Part shown: positions 49,050 to 57,632 of the stretch, piece by piece | Numbering within the stretch: the first letter of the stretch is position 1 | Layout of the letters: each line of letters begins with the position of its first letter | DNA from: Gammaproteobacteria bacterium | GTDB lineage: Bacteria; Pseudomonadota; Gammaproteobacteria; Arenicellales; Poriferihabitantaceae | Assembly: GCA_022822625.1 (NCBI GenBank) | Contig: JAJEAV010000011.1 | Span: 15,955 to 79,954, forward strand | Length of the DNA stretch: 64,000 bases | Direction of reading: 5' to 3' | The notes under the pieces: generated by a model | What the model was told of the DNA's origin: nothing | What the model saw: only the letters and a program-made list of their open reading frames with translations | Databases searched by the model: none | Program-made: the position numbers and the translations under genes

Positions 49050-50543
49050 TTATTGCTCACTACCCAGCACAAGCGCATCGCCAACCAATTGATGAACGCT
49101 GATAATCATGCCCATGCCCAGGCTGTAAAACGGCAGAACCTTGGTGAACTGACTCTTGCAGATGGCGCAGATGGCTGCCATATGGGTCACATGGTACTGT
49201 TCGATCACCTCATGCAAGGCCTGCACTCTCGGTAATGCACCCTTGACACGCAATTCGGTTAGATCATCAGTCAAGAGTCCTCCCCCACCCCCACAGCAGT
49301 AGGTTCCCTCGCGGATGCTGTCCTCGCGCATGTCTACGAAATGGTTACAGGAAGCCCGAATCAGGGCTCGCGGAATAATGAACTGACCACCAGGCATGTT
49401 CCCCATCCTTGAACCACGTGCGACATTGCATGAATCATGGAAAGTCACCACCTTGTCATCGTTCCGTGCCTTGTCGAACTTCAGTGCGCCCGCTTGGACA
49501 AGATCATAAGTCGCCTCGCAGATATGCTGGGGTGCAGGATAATTCGGATCGAGAAAATCAAACGGGCCAATCAGCGTATTCCAGTAGCTGTAGGCTACAC
49601 GCCAGGCATGCCCGCACTCTCCAACAATAATCCGTTTCACTCCGAGTTCGAGTGCCGCCTCCCGTATCCGAGTTGCGACTTTCTGCATGCTCTCGTCATT
49701 ACCAATGAATAGTCCGAAATTGGCCGCCTCGGAAGCATGGGAACTCAGGGTCCAGGGAATCCCCGCCTGATGAAAAACCTTGGCATAACCAATCAGCCCA
49801 TCTACATGCGGTTCGGCAAAGAAATCAGCCGAAGGGGAAACCAGCAGAACCTCTGCATCCGCATCATCAAGCGGCAAACGTACATCAACATCAATATCCT
49901 CCTTGATTTCTTCCTCAAGATCGAGCAATGTATCTGCCATGGCCGGTTGGGGCAAGCCAAGGTTGTTGCCGATTTTGAAAACCTTGCCAATAATCTCGTT
50001 CGAATACTTTTGTCCTATACCGACACTGGCCAGAATTTCACGACCGGCCATGGTGATTTCTGCCGTATCGATTCCGTAGGGGCAATAGACCGAGCAACGG
50101 CGACATTCCGAGCACTGGTGATAGTAACTGTACCAGTCTTCCAGTACTTCACGAGTCAAATCGACCGCGCCAACCAGCCATGGAAAGTATTTGCCCGCAA
50201 AGGTGAAATAACGTCGATATACCTTCCGCATCAAGTCCTGTCGAGCGACCGGCATGTTCTTGGGGTCGGACGTGCCCAGAAAGTAATGGCATTTATCGGT
50301 ACAGGCTCCGCATTTGACGCAACTATCCATGAATACCTGCAAAGATCGATACTTACCCAATAATTCCTTCATTTTGGCAAGTGCCCGATCGTGCCAGTCC
50401 TCAACCAGTTCTTCCGGAAAGCCCAGGGCAGTCTGATGATCCGATTTGGCAACAAACGGGCGGCTGTGAGCCATGGCTCCATCAACCACCGATGGCGTGA
50501 CAGGAATATTGGTGACAACCGGAATGGTAAATTCAGCCTTCAT
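49050..50543 (-). CDS. dsrK: DsrK, HdrD-like catalytic subunit of the DsrMKJOP complex
   Basis: CVKCGACTDKCH and CSECRRCSVYCPYG ferredoxin motifs, plus CCG-domain cysteines (GTYCCGGGGG). Confidence 0.9.
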   Translation of the reverse strand: MKAEFTIPVVTNIPVTPSVVDGAMAHSRPFVAKSDHQTALGFPEELVEDWHDRALAKMKELLGKYRSLQVFMDSCVKCGACTDKCHYFLGTSDPKNMPVARQDLMRKVYRRYFTFAGKYFPWLVGAVDLTREVLEDWYSYYHQCSECRRCSVYCPYGIDTAEITMAGREILASVGIGQKYSNEIIGKVFKIGNNLGLPQPAMADTLLDLEEEIKEDIDVDVRLPLDDADAEVLLVSPSADFFAEPHVDGLIGYAKVFHQAGIPWTLSSHASEAANFGLFIGNDESMQKVATRIREAALELGVKRIIVGECGHAWRVAYSYWNTLIGPFDFLDPNYPAPQHICEATYDLVQAGALKFDKARNDDKVVTFHDSCNVARGSRMGNMPGGQFIIPRALIRASCNHFVDMREDSIREGTYCCGGGGGLLTDDLTELRVKGALPRVQALHEVIEQYHVTHMAAICAICKSQFTKVLPFYSLGMGMIISVHQLVGDALVLGSEQ

Positions 50544-51256
50544 GATGACCGGATACCCTGATGTCGAAATTCACGGGGATTATCGACCTGATTTCGTGTG
50601 GGACTGAAAAACACCCCGGGTACATGCAACAACTTGCTTACCGGAAATACCGCCATCAGAATCACGACCAGTCCCAGGTGCGTCAGTAACAGAGGGTCAC
50701 TCGGCAGGGGGGTAGGATCAAACCTCATCAAGCCCAGAAAAAATGCCTTGACCGCAACGATGTCAGTATGCCAGACATACTTCATCATGAGTCCTGTGCT
50801 GACGATGGCCAGCAACAGCACCAGCATTAGATGATCAGAGGGAGCGGATATATAACGCACCCGATCCACCAGGAAACGACGTCCCCATAATCCGGACAGC
50901 CCAAACAGCATGGCCCATCCAGCATACACGCCAAACGGAGAAATAACCGCAACCCACATCCACACCGGCTCCGAGAAATACCGCAAATGCCGAATTAACA
51001 CGATCAGCATTGCAAAATGGAAAACCCAGCCGAATATCCAGGTCCATTTGCTGGCTTTGAAGAGGCTTTCAAAAAACACTGTTTCGCGAAACATGCGTCC
51101 CACTACACCTGGCATGGTTGTAGGTGCAGGTGTAGTTGGAATCTTGAAGGGAACTGGGGTCCGGGCGTATATCATGATCTTGCGGGCGACGCCCAATACC
51201 AGAATCAAGGCTGCAAGATAGAACGCACCGGCATACAGGTAGGTTACGGTCGACAC
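50540..51256 (-). CDS. dsrM: DsrM, NarI-like dihaem cytochrome b membrane subunit
   Basis: 238-aa 5-TM ORF with conserved His in helices (FHFAMLIVLIRHLRYF, LLLTHLGLV). 4-nt overlap with dsrK. Confidence 0.85.
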   Translation of the reverse strand: MSTVTYLYAGAFYLAALILVLGVARKIMIYARTPVPFKIPTTPAPTTMPGVVGRMFRETVFFESLFKASKWTWIFGWVFHFAMLIVLIRHLRYFSEPVWMWVAVISPFGVYAGWAMLFGLSGLWGRRFLVDRVRYISAPSDHLMLVLLLAIVSTGLMMKYVWHTDIVAVKAFFLGLMRFDPTPLPSDPLLLTHLGLVVILMAVFPVSKLLHVPGVFFSPTRNQVDNPREFRHQGIRSS

Positions 51257-51405
51257 GGCTGCAATACCCGCTGGCCCGAACAGGCATTCGCCTGTTCGGT
51301 TGAGAGTGTCTGGCGAGACGGTGGCTGCATAATCCGAAAATCAAGCGCAAAAAATCGCAATCCGGCGACTACACAGCGATTAATTGACTCTCGTGATCCG
51401 TGACT

Positions 51406-51738
51406 CTACACGCAACCAGTAGGCTTGGGCAAACCTGCGTACTTGCAGGCCTGTTTCGCAGGACCGTAAGGAAACAGTTCATAGAGGTATCTGCTATTAC
51501 CCTTGTCCTTGCCCAGCCTCTTGCCAATGGCCTTGGTCAACACCCTGACCGCCGGGGCAATCTGATACTCATCGTAATACTCACGTAAAAAGTTGACTAC
51601 TTCCCAGTGATTTTCGGTGAGATCGCAACCGTCCTGCTGAGCCATGGCCTCGGCCAGTTCCGAACTCCAGTCGGACAAGTTTGCCAGATATCCCTCTTCG
51701 TCTGTCTCAAAGGACTGACCGTTGATTTCTAGTGTCAT
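51406..51738 (-). CDS. dsrC: DsrC (TusE-like sulfur carrier / DsrAB substrate protein)
   Basis: 110 aa ending ...AKQACKYAGLPKPTGCV. This has the two conserved Cys in the flexible C-terminal arm (Cys-X10-Cys-Val). Confidence 0.95.
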   Translation of the reverse strand: MTLEINGQSFETDEEGYLANLSDWSSELAEAMAQQDGCDLTENHWEVVNFLREYYDEYQIAPAVRVLTKAIGKRLGKDKGNSRYLYELFPYGPAKQACKYAGLPKPTGCV

Positions 51739-51820
51739 TTGCTATACTCCGAAATAATTTATTGTTTCTGTTTAAGGGTTATTGCACATCAATCAGAGAA
51801 TAAACCCGGTGTGCACTCAT

Positions 51821-52123
51821 TTACAACCATGACTGTACTTTTGGGTGTTCAACGGCAAGCCTTACGAATCCGGCATAATCTATCACTTCAACACCGCTCA
51901 TGATTCGATCGGATTCAATACCACGCGCCTGCAAGTCTTCTCCAAGCACACAGACCTTGCGGTCCTTCAGACAGGTCTGGATTTCTTCGCTTGCTTCACC
52001 ATTAAACAGTGCACCGTATACTCCGTCTTCAATCAGCAATATACAGGAGCCGGCCTGTGACAGGCGTACACAACTCTCCAGACAGTTCTTCTCAAAAGGT
52101 GATTTGTTGACGACATGCAGCAT
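51821..52123 (-). CDS. dsrH: DsrH (TusB-like)
   Basis: 100-aa ORF of DsrH/TusB size and pattern (MLHVVNKSPF...ILLIEDGVYGAL). Third gene of the E-F-H triplet. Confidence 0.8.
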   Translation of the reverse strand: MLHVVNKSPFEKNCLESCVRLSQAGSCILLIEDGVYGALFNGEASEEIQTCLKDRKVCVLGEDLQARGIESDRIMSGVEVIDYAGFVRLAVEHPKVQSWL

Positions 52124-52135
52124 TTTCAGGAAATC

Positions 52136-52561
52136 TCAGAAATTAAGCAGTACATCGGATTCACTGATGATTTTCTGCATTTCCCCGGCACTGACAACAT
52201 GAATCAGGGGTTTTTCCTCCCAGTCATCGTCTTCATCCTCATAAACCAGAGGCATCAGGTCATCCTCTGACAATCCGCGACGCTCCAGGGATTCACGTTC
52301 CACATAGACAAGTTTGACATCATAATCACCCAGAGCGCGATAGGTTGCACTGAAGTTCTTGGTACCTATGGCCTTGGTATCCTGTCCCGATTTGAGTTGG
52401 AAAACGCCATCATCCAGATAGGCCATGGCAACATCCTGATCAAAGGCCGCACCAATCAAGGCAACCTCAAGTCCTTCCTGGGCATAATTTGTGCCATGGG
52501 GTGCTCTGCGATTGATATACAGAAATTTCTTGACGATGCCGGATTGTAGTTCTTCACTCAA
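52136..52561 (-). CDS. dsrF: DsrF (TusC-like)
   Basis: 141-aa ORF between dsrE and dsrH with the DsrE/F-fold pattern (KKFLYINRRAPHGT...). Confidence 0.8.
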   Translation of the reverse strand: MSEELQSGIVKKFLYINRRAPHGTNYAQEGLEVALIGAAFDQDVAMAYLDDGVFQLKSGQDTKAIGTKNFSATYRALGDYDVKLVYVERESLERRGLSEDDLMPLVYEDEDDDWEEKPLIHVVSAGEMQKIISESDVLLNF

Positions 52562-52597
52562 AGTCTGTTACCCCGGATTTTTCCAGTTATTCGACAG

Positions 52598-52990
52598 TCA
52601 ATCGCCGAATGTCACCAGACGGTCGGCTTGAATGCCCGCTTCGATTAACTGTCCCAGTCCCGAAATTCGAAATCCGTCAGCAATGTTGTTGGCGTCCTTG
52701 CTGTTGCGTTTTTGCTCATCCTCGTCAACGACTCCACGTCGTTGTGCCGCTGCCACGCAAACCACCAGATCCAGATCATGTTTTTCGGCAAGTTCACTCC
52801 AGCGATTGGTGACATGTCGATCATCCTGGGGCGGGGTCGTCAGGCGAGTTCCATTATTTACTCCATCGTGGTAAAAAAACACCCGAATTACCTGGTGTCC
52901 CTGTTCCAGCGCTGCTTGCGTGAAATGGAACGCACTGTCACTCGCCTGATGCGTGTAGGGGCCCTCGTTGACAAGGATTGCAAACTTCAT
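52598..52990 (-). CDS. dsrE: DsrE (TusD-like sulfurtransferase subunit)
   Basis: MKFAILVNEGPYTHQASDSAFHFTQAALEQGH...VVCVAAAQRRG contains the conserved active-site Cys context. 130 aa. Confidence 0.85.
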   Translation of the reverse strand: MKFAILVNEGPYTHQASDSAFHFTQAALEQGHQVIRVFFYHDGVNNGTRLTTPPQDDRHVTNRWSELAEKHDLDLVVCVAAAQRRGVVDEDEQKRNSKDANNIADGFRISGLGQLIEAGIQADRLVTFGD

Positions 52991-53011
52991 GGCCGAATAT
53001 CAGCGTGGGGA

Positions 53012-54088
53012 CTAGAAACGGATATGGGTGGACGAGTTCAGGCTTTTTCGCGAGCCGCGCCAGTTGTCGATGTGATACTTGGTAAAAGGCAATCCGGTCA
53101 ATTCAAAAAACCGAGGCCAGCCAATTCTATCGACCCACTCGTTGACGCGTTCCCAGTCCTTTGCATCCTGCTGATAGGTTTTCAGAATCTTCTTGACGAT
53201 TGCCGTCGCTTCAGGCCAACGCGGAGGGTTGTTTGGAACACCACCCGCAACCAGCTTCTGAAAGCTCGGCTTACTCCTTGCATTGGAGTGGTTTCCACCA
53301 ACCCAGATTGCCAGCTTGGAATGTTCCGGATCATTGATCTGCATCGGTGGACAAGGAGGGTAGCAGGCTCCACAGCAGATACATTTCTTCTCATCGACCT
53401 CCAAGCTTGGCTTGCCGTCAACCATTGCTGGTCGGATTGCTGCAACTGGACAACGGGCTACCACGGATGGACGTTCACATACATTGGCGACCAGAGAATG
53501 GTTGATCTTGGGTGGTTTTGTATGTTGAACATTGATTGCAATATCGCCCTGTCCACCGCAGTTGATTTGACAGCAGGAGGTGGTGATATGTACGCGATTC
53601 GGCATCCGACAATGCTTGAATTCATCAATCAGCTCGTCCATCATCGCCTTTACAACACCTGATGCATCAGTACCGGGTATATCACAATGCAGCCAACCCT
53701 GGGTATGCGATATAAAGGCTACCGAGTTGGCGGTTCCACCGACTACGAAACCTTCTTTCTCCAGGGCTTCAATCAACGGTTCGACTTTTTCTTCTCGGTC
53801 TACCATATATTCGATGTTGCTGCGCATGGTGAAACGCACGTGACCGTCGCCATATTGGTCTCCAATATCGCAAAGTTTTCTTAACGTGTAGACATCAAGG
53901 ATACGCTGGGTGCCGGCCTTGACGGTCCAGATCGACTCTCCACTCTCGGCGTGATGCACCAGCACACCCGGTCGGGGGTGTTCGTGGTATTTCCACTGCC
54001 CGAAGTTTCGAATCATGGACGGATGCATATACTGCATACCGTCCGGGCAACCCGATTCGATCGGGCGACGCATTTCCTGAAGATTCAT
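53012..54088 (-). CDS. dsrB: Dissimilatory sulfite reductase beta subunit (oxidative type by context)
   Basis: Start at ATG 54088 overlaps the dsrA stop (ATGA). Siroheme/FeS Cys motifs (HITTSCCQINCGGQGD, CERPSVVARCP, CICCGACYPPCP). Confidence 0.9.
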   Translation of the reverse strand: MNLQEMRRPIESGCPDGMQYMHPSMIRNFGQWKYHEHPRPGVLVHHAESGESIWTVKAGTQRILDVYTLRKLCDIGDQYGDGHVRFTMRSNIEYMVDREEKVEPLIEALEKEGFVVGGTANSVAFISHTQGWLHCDIPGTDASGVVKAMMDELIDEFKHCRMPNRVHITTSCCQINCGGQGDIAINVQHTKPPKINHSLVANVCERPSVVARCPVAAIRPAMVDGKPSLEVDEKKCICCGACYPPCPPMQINDPEHSKLAIWVGGNHSNARSKPSFQKLVAGGVPNNPPRWPEATAIVKKILKTYQQDAKDWERVNEWVDRIGWPRFFELTGLPFTKYHIDNWRGSRKSLNSSTHIRF

Positions 54089-55362
54089 GTCCCTACCCCC
54101 CCCTGAGCGGCAACCCGCTTGCGCTCGAACCATTTTTCCGCCTCTTCATCCCATCCATCCATACGGACATAGGAACTCTCTCGTGGATGTGCGATCATGT
54201 TAGGGTCTACATCGAGATCAACTCCTTCGAGGAAGTTGACGAGGCCAATGCGTTCGATCATTTCGCCGCATCGTTCGTGTTCCAGGCCATTTTCGGCCCA
54301 GAAATCGATGATGTTCTCGGCGATCTCGACGATTTTTTCGTAATCCTCATCAGTTTCAAGTCTCATGAAGGGAACCACTACGGTGCCCATCAAATCTCCG
54401 ATTTTCAGGGTACGTTTGCCGCCGACCAATATACTCACCCCGCGATCATCTCCGGGCGATAACGCACGATTCATCACATTGAGGCAGTGCATGCACTTCA
54501 CGCAATTTCGATTGTCAATTTCCAGTTTGTCATCGTCGGTTAGGGTCATGCAGTTGCTTGGGCAGCGGGTAATCACATTATCAATGACATATTGTCGGCC
54601 CTTGGCTTCAATAAAGTTGGCAACCTGCTCTTCATCAACCTTGATGTCATCACGCCATGTTCCGATCACTGCAAAATCTGCACGTTCGATCGAGTTGGTG
54701 CAATCGTTTGGACAGCCAGATATCTTGAATTTGAACTTGTAGGGAAGAGCCGGCCGATGAACATCGTCAGTAAAGTTGTTTACCAGTTCCCTTTGCAGTC
54801 GATGTTCGTTGGTACACGATTGTTCGCAACGGGCAGCACCTACGCAGGACATGGCAGTTCGTACGCATGGCCCTGCTCCGCCCAGGTCGAAGCCGTAGTC
54901 ATTGATCTCGTCAAAGAAGTGCTGGGTGTTTTCCGTGGTCGAACCGATGAACATTATGTTGCCGGTTTGCCCATGAAAGGTAACGAGACCAGAACCCCAG
55001 CGCTCCCAGCTATCGCCAAGTTGCCGAAGCATGTCCGTGGTGTAGTGATTACCTGCCGGAGGTTGTACTCTCAGGGTATGGAATTCCCTGGAATCCGGAA
55101 ATTGCTGACCGACTTCCGAGAAGCGGGGGATAATACCGGCACCGTAACCAAAAACACTGACTGTACCCCCCTTCCAGTAACCCTTGCGGGTTTCGTAGGA
55201 ATGTTCCAGCTGACCCAGTAGGTCGTTAGCTACTCCGTTAATTCGCTGATCAGGATGCTTGTCCCGAAGATTCTTGATTCCCGATATAAAACTCGGCCAT
55301 GGACCGGACTCGAGTTCATCCAGCATTGGCGTATCATGGTACTTATCGCGACTATCACTCAC
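54085..55362 (-). CDS. dsrA: Dissimilatory sulfite reductase alpha subunit (oxidative type by context)
   Basis: 425 aa. GPWPSF N-terminal motif. Cys motifs CVGAARCEQSC, SGCPNDCT and CVKCMHCLNVM. Confidence 0.9.
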   Translation of the reverse strand: MSDSRDKYHDTPMLDELESGPWPSFISGIKNLRDKHPDQRINGVANDLLGQLEHSYETRKGYWKGGTVSVFGYGAGIIPRFSEVGQQFPDSREFHTLRVQPPAGNHYTTDMLRQLGDSWERWGSGLVTFHGQTGNIMFIGSTTENTQHFFDEINDYGFDLGGAGPCVRTAMSCVGAARCEQSCTNEHRLQRELVNNFTDDVHRPALPYKFKFKISGCPNDCTNSIERADFAVIGTWRDDIKVDEEQVANFIEAKGRQYVIDNVITRCPSNCMTLTDDDKLEIDNRNCVKCMHCLNVMNRALSPGDDRGVSILVGGKRTLKIGDLMGTVVVPFMRLETDEDYEKIVEIAENIIDFWAENGLEHERCGEMIERIGLVNFLEGVDLDVDPNMIAHPRESSYVRMDGWDEEAEKWFERKRVAAQGGVGT

Positions 55363-55515
55363 ACTTCTATCCCCCTTGTTATTGACAGGATTTTCCTATG
55401 CTACCCTCAATTATTTTGACCCCTTTGACTGTTGCTTCCATTGTCTTTTTTGCTTGGGGCTTTTGTGCCAGTAATTTTAATTTCCAATCGGATATTGATG
55501 CCACACCCCATCAGG

Positions 55516-55550
55516 ATAGGTTAACCTATAAATTTATCCCTATCGGGATA
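55516..55550. promoter_or_regulatory. Two adjacent dyad-symmetric sites upstream of dsrA (candidate operators)
   Basis: A perfect 14-bp palindrome ATAGGTTAACCTAT (55516-55529), and TATCCC-tatc-GGGATA (55535-55550). They lie 155-190 nt upstream of the dsrA ATG, within the only sizeable non-coding gap before the operon. Confidence 0.35.
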
Positions 55551-55635
55551 TAAGGGCAACAAAGGTAACTATATCCACTCGGCACTCATGTCCTTTCTTG
55601 ATTACCGAAACATGGCTGACTGCCAGCCAATCATT

Positions 55636-56601
55636 CTAGTTTTGCCCGGACACCATGCTTCCCAGCAATGCCATGACAACTTTGGCAGAGTTTTCAGCAG
55701 CCAATGCCGTGAATATTTCAATCTGGTTCACATGGTCGCCAGCACCAGCCAAATCAGACAAACTGCGAATGGCAAGATAAGGAACCTTGTTTGCCCAGGC
55801 AACATGCGCAACAGCTGAACTTTCCATATCAAGCACTCGGGACCGAAATACCCTGAATATGTATTCACGAAATTCAGCGTTGTCAATAAATGCACTTCCC
55901 GAAACCCCTGAACCTCCAAACACAACTTCCGGTTTGCGAGAAAGACATCGACCATCATCAGTGCAATCATTCAGTTCCAGATCATGTGTCGCCCGTTTCG
56001 CTTGTGCGAACAGGGATTCATCAACAGGAAACCAGAAACGCGTTTCTGGCTCGCTCAGCCCATCACGAATCACCGCTACCGAACGTGGGAACATCATGCC
56101 AAAATTTTCATAAGGATATTCAAAAAACGGCACTGTTTCCCAGCCGCCTTCCACTTCTCTTGCATACACCATTTCCAGATATTGTCCCCACTGATCAGCA
56201 ATAACCACATCGCCAATATCAAGTTCGGGGTCAGTTCCCCCAGCAATACCCGAAAAAATGACCTTTTCTATATTGAAGTGGTCAAGCGCTAGTTGAACTG
56301 TCATTGTCGCATTGACTATGCTGATCCCACTTAGAAACAAGACCACATCCTTGCCGACTAGCTTCCCTGTCTGGAATTCGACTCCATTGATGGAAGTCGA
56401 AGATGAATCCCCAAGATGGCTCTTTAGCAGTGTCAACTCTGGCGAGAAGGCCGATACAACGGCTATTCTTGGAATCTCATCCTTGTCTGAGTGGGAAAAT
56501 ACTGGTGTTGCAGAAAATGCAAGGCATAACAACAATACCGATATACAGATACACGCTTGAACAAGATGGTTCCTGACTTTTGAGTTATTGCATATCCTCA
56601 T
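55636..56601 (-). CDS. PNP_UDP_1 (nucleoside phosphorylase / MTA-SAH nucleosidase-like) family protein with N-terminal signal peptide
   Basis: VVSAFSPELTLL..., GIAGG, and the C-terminal MESSAVAHVAWANKVPYLAIRSLSDLAG resemble Pfs/MtnN-type motifs. The N-terminus MRICNNSKVRNHLVQACICISVLLLCLAFSATPVFSHS looks like a Sec signal. Start may instead be at 56649. Confidence 0.7.
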   Translation of the reverse strand: MRICNNSKVRNHLVQACICISVLLLCLAFSATPVFSHSDKDEIPRIAVVSAFSPELTLLKSHLGDSSSTSINGVEFQTGKLVGKDVVLFLSGISIVNATMTVQLALDHFNIEKVIFSGIAGGTDPELDIGDVVIADQWGQYLEMVYAREVEGGWETVPFFEYPYENFGMMFPRSVAVIRDGLSEPETRFWFPVDESLFAQAKRATHDLELNDCTDDGRCLSRKPEVVFGGSGVSGSAFIDNAEFREYIFRVFRSRVLDMESSAVAHVAWANKVPYLAIRSLSDLAGAGDHVNQIEIFTALAAENSAKVVMALLGSMVSGQN

Positions 56602-56841
56602 GGAAAAATCATATTTCGATAACATTCTGATGCAAGTGTATGCAAACAATGACCATCTTGATACTTACTTCACATCTGCATTGATCAAATCAAGCCATTT
56701 TCGACAACCAGAAATCTCACCGATTATTTTCCAACCCGGTAATATTCGGGAAGACTTGTAATTTTCAGGCATATCTTGCAGGATTTTGGATAAAATCAGG
56801 CTAGTGTTCAACAACTATTTCGTTCTGACAAGGTTGCCTCG

Positions 56842-57045
56842 ATGAGTGAGAGAAAAAAATTGATCAGTGAATTGATCCAGATGCAGAAGAAGTTCATGGA
56901 AATTGAAAAAACCAGAGGCATCGAATTCGAGAATTATTACGATGCGAAAGGTGAGGATGATTTATCGGAGTATCAGGCAAAATATAACGATCTCGCCAAT
57001 CGCCTGGTTGACCTAGCTCATACCGAGAGAGGGTCAAGACGCTGA
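56842..57045 (+). CDS. Hypothetical small charged helical protein
   Basis: 67-aa ORF with no recognisable motif, convergent with the next ORF. Confidence 0.35.
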   Translation: MSERKKLISELIQMQKKFMEIEKTRGIEFENYYDAKGEDDLSEYQAKYNDLANRLVDLAHTERGSRR

Positions 57046-57058
57046 TCAAGCATACAGA

Positions 57059-57253
57059 TCATTCCTTCCAGTTTTCGGCCTCGGCTGTTGAACGCGATTT
57101 GCCGTCTTCATAACCTGCTTGCCAGGCCTCGGTGATGCGTTGCTCTTCAATCTCGGGATTGCCCATATAACCGCTGGCCCAACCCAATATATACTGTCTT
57201 GATACTTTCATGTTCTCAAGTTGCTTGATGGTTTCATAATACTGATTTGACAT
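57059..57253 (-). CDS. Hypothetical small protein
   Basis: 64-aa ORF from ATG 57253 (MSNQYYETIKQLEN...) with AAGG 6-9 nt upstream. It contains W-x-x-GY-x-x-G type repeats (GWASGYMG, AWQAGYEDG). Confidence 0.35.
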   Translation of the reverse strand: MSNQYYETIKQLENMKVSRQYILGWASGYMGNPEIEEQRITEAWQAGYEDGKSRSTAEAENWKE

Positions 57254-57349
57254 TGTTTCGCCTTGTATTGACACTCATTGACTGTTGATTACAAGGAGTG
57301 CTGTTTTGCATCCTCTTGATTCATATCTATTCGAACTAACCATGAATAC

Positions 57350-57589
57350 TCATGCGTTTGATTTATACAGTGTCATTTCTGCCTTGACATGCCATATGCA
57401 GTTCTTGCCAGGCATAATGGTCAGCAGGTCACCTCTTGATGCCCGAACCGGTTCTTCCCCATCAATCGTTATTTCCGCATCCCCATCTTCAATATAGTAG
57501 GTTTCACTAACTGTCACTGAACCCGGATGCATGCCCACGGGTTTCTGAATGACTGGCCAGTCTTCCACACTGAGGATCTCGAGTTTCAT
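57350..57589 (-). CDS. Small cupin-domain protein (cupin_3/DUF861-like)
   Basis: MKLEILSVEDWPVIQKP...ETYYIEDGDAEITIDGEEPVRASRGDLLTIMPGKNCIWHVKAEMTLYK follows the single-domain cupin pattern. The internal Met (57589) avoids a 56-nt overlap with ylqF. Confidence 0.6.
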   Translation of the reverse strand: MKLEILSVEDWPVIQKPVGMHPGSVTVSETYYIEDGDAEITIDGEEPVRASRGDLLTIMPGKNCIWHVKAEMTLYKSNA

Positions 57590-57632
57590 TGGAGAAGGCT
57601 TGTATTCAATCAGTATATGAGTCACGATTATT

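Noticed and set aside
49737-50363. 208-aa + strand ORF inside dsrK. Similar long alternative-frame or antisense ORFs occur at 54592-55221 (dsrA), 44833-45441 (dsrP), 36881-37531 and 36020-36574 (permease), 34979-35491 (MBL), 26738-27250 (CoA synthetase) and 60970-61500 (hsdR remnant).
   Set aside because: All overlap genes whose products carry clear conserved motifs. Their translations are low-complexity, Arg/Ser/Cys-rich sequences typical of off-frame reading.
52712-53662. 316-aa + strand ORF spanning dsrE, the intergenic gap and dsrB
   Set aside because: It is antisense to two genes with strong family motifs, has no motif of its own and crosses an intergenic region. This is a typical long shadow ORF.
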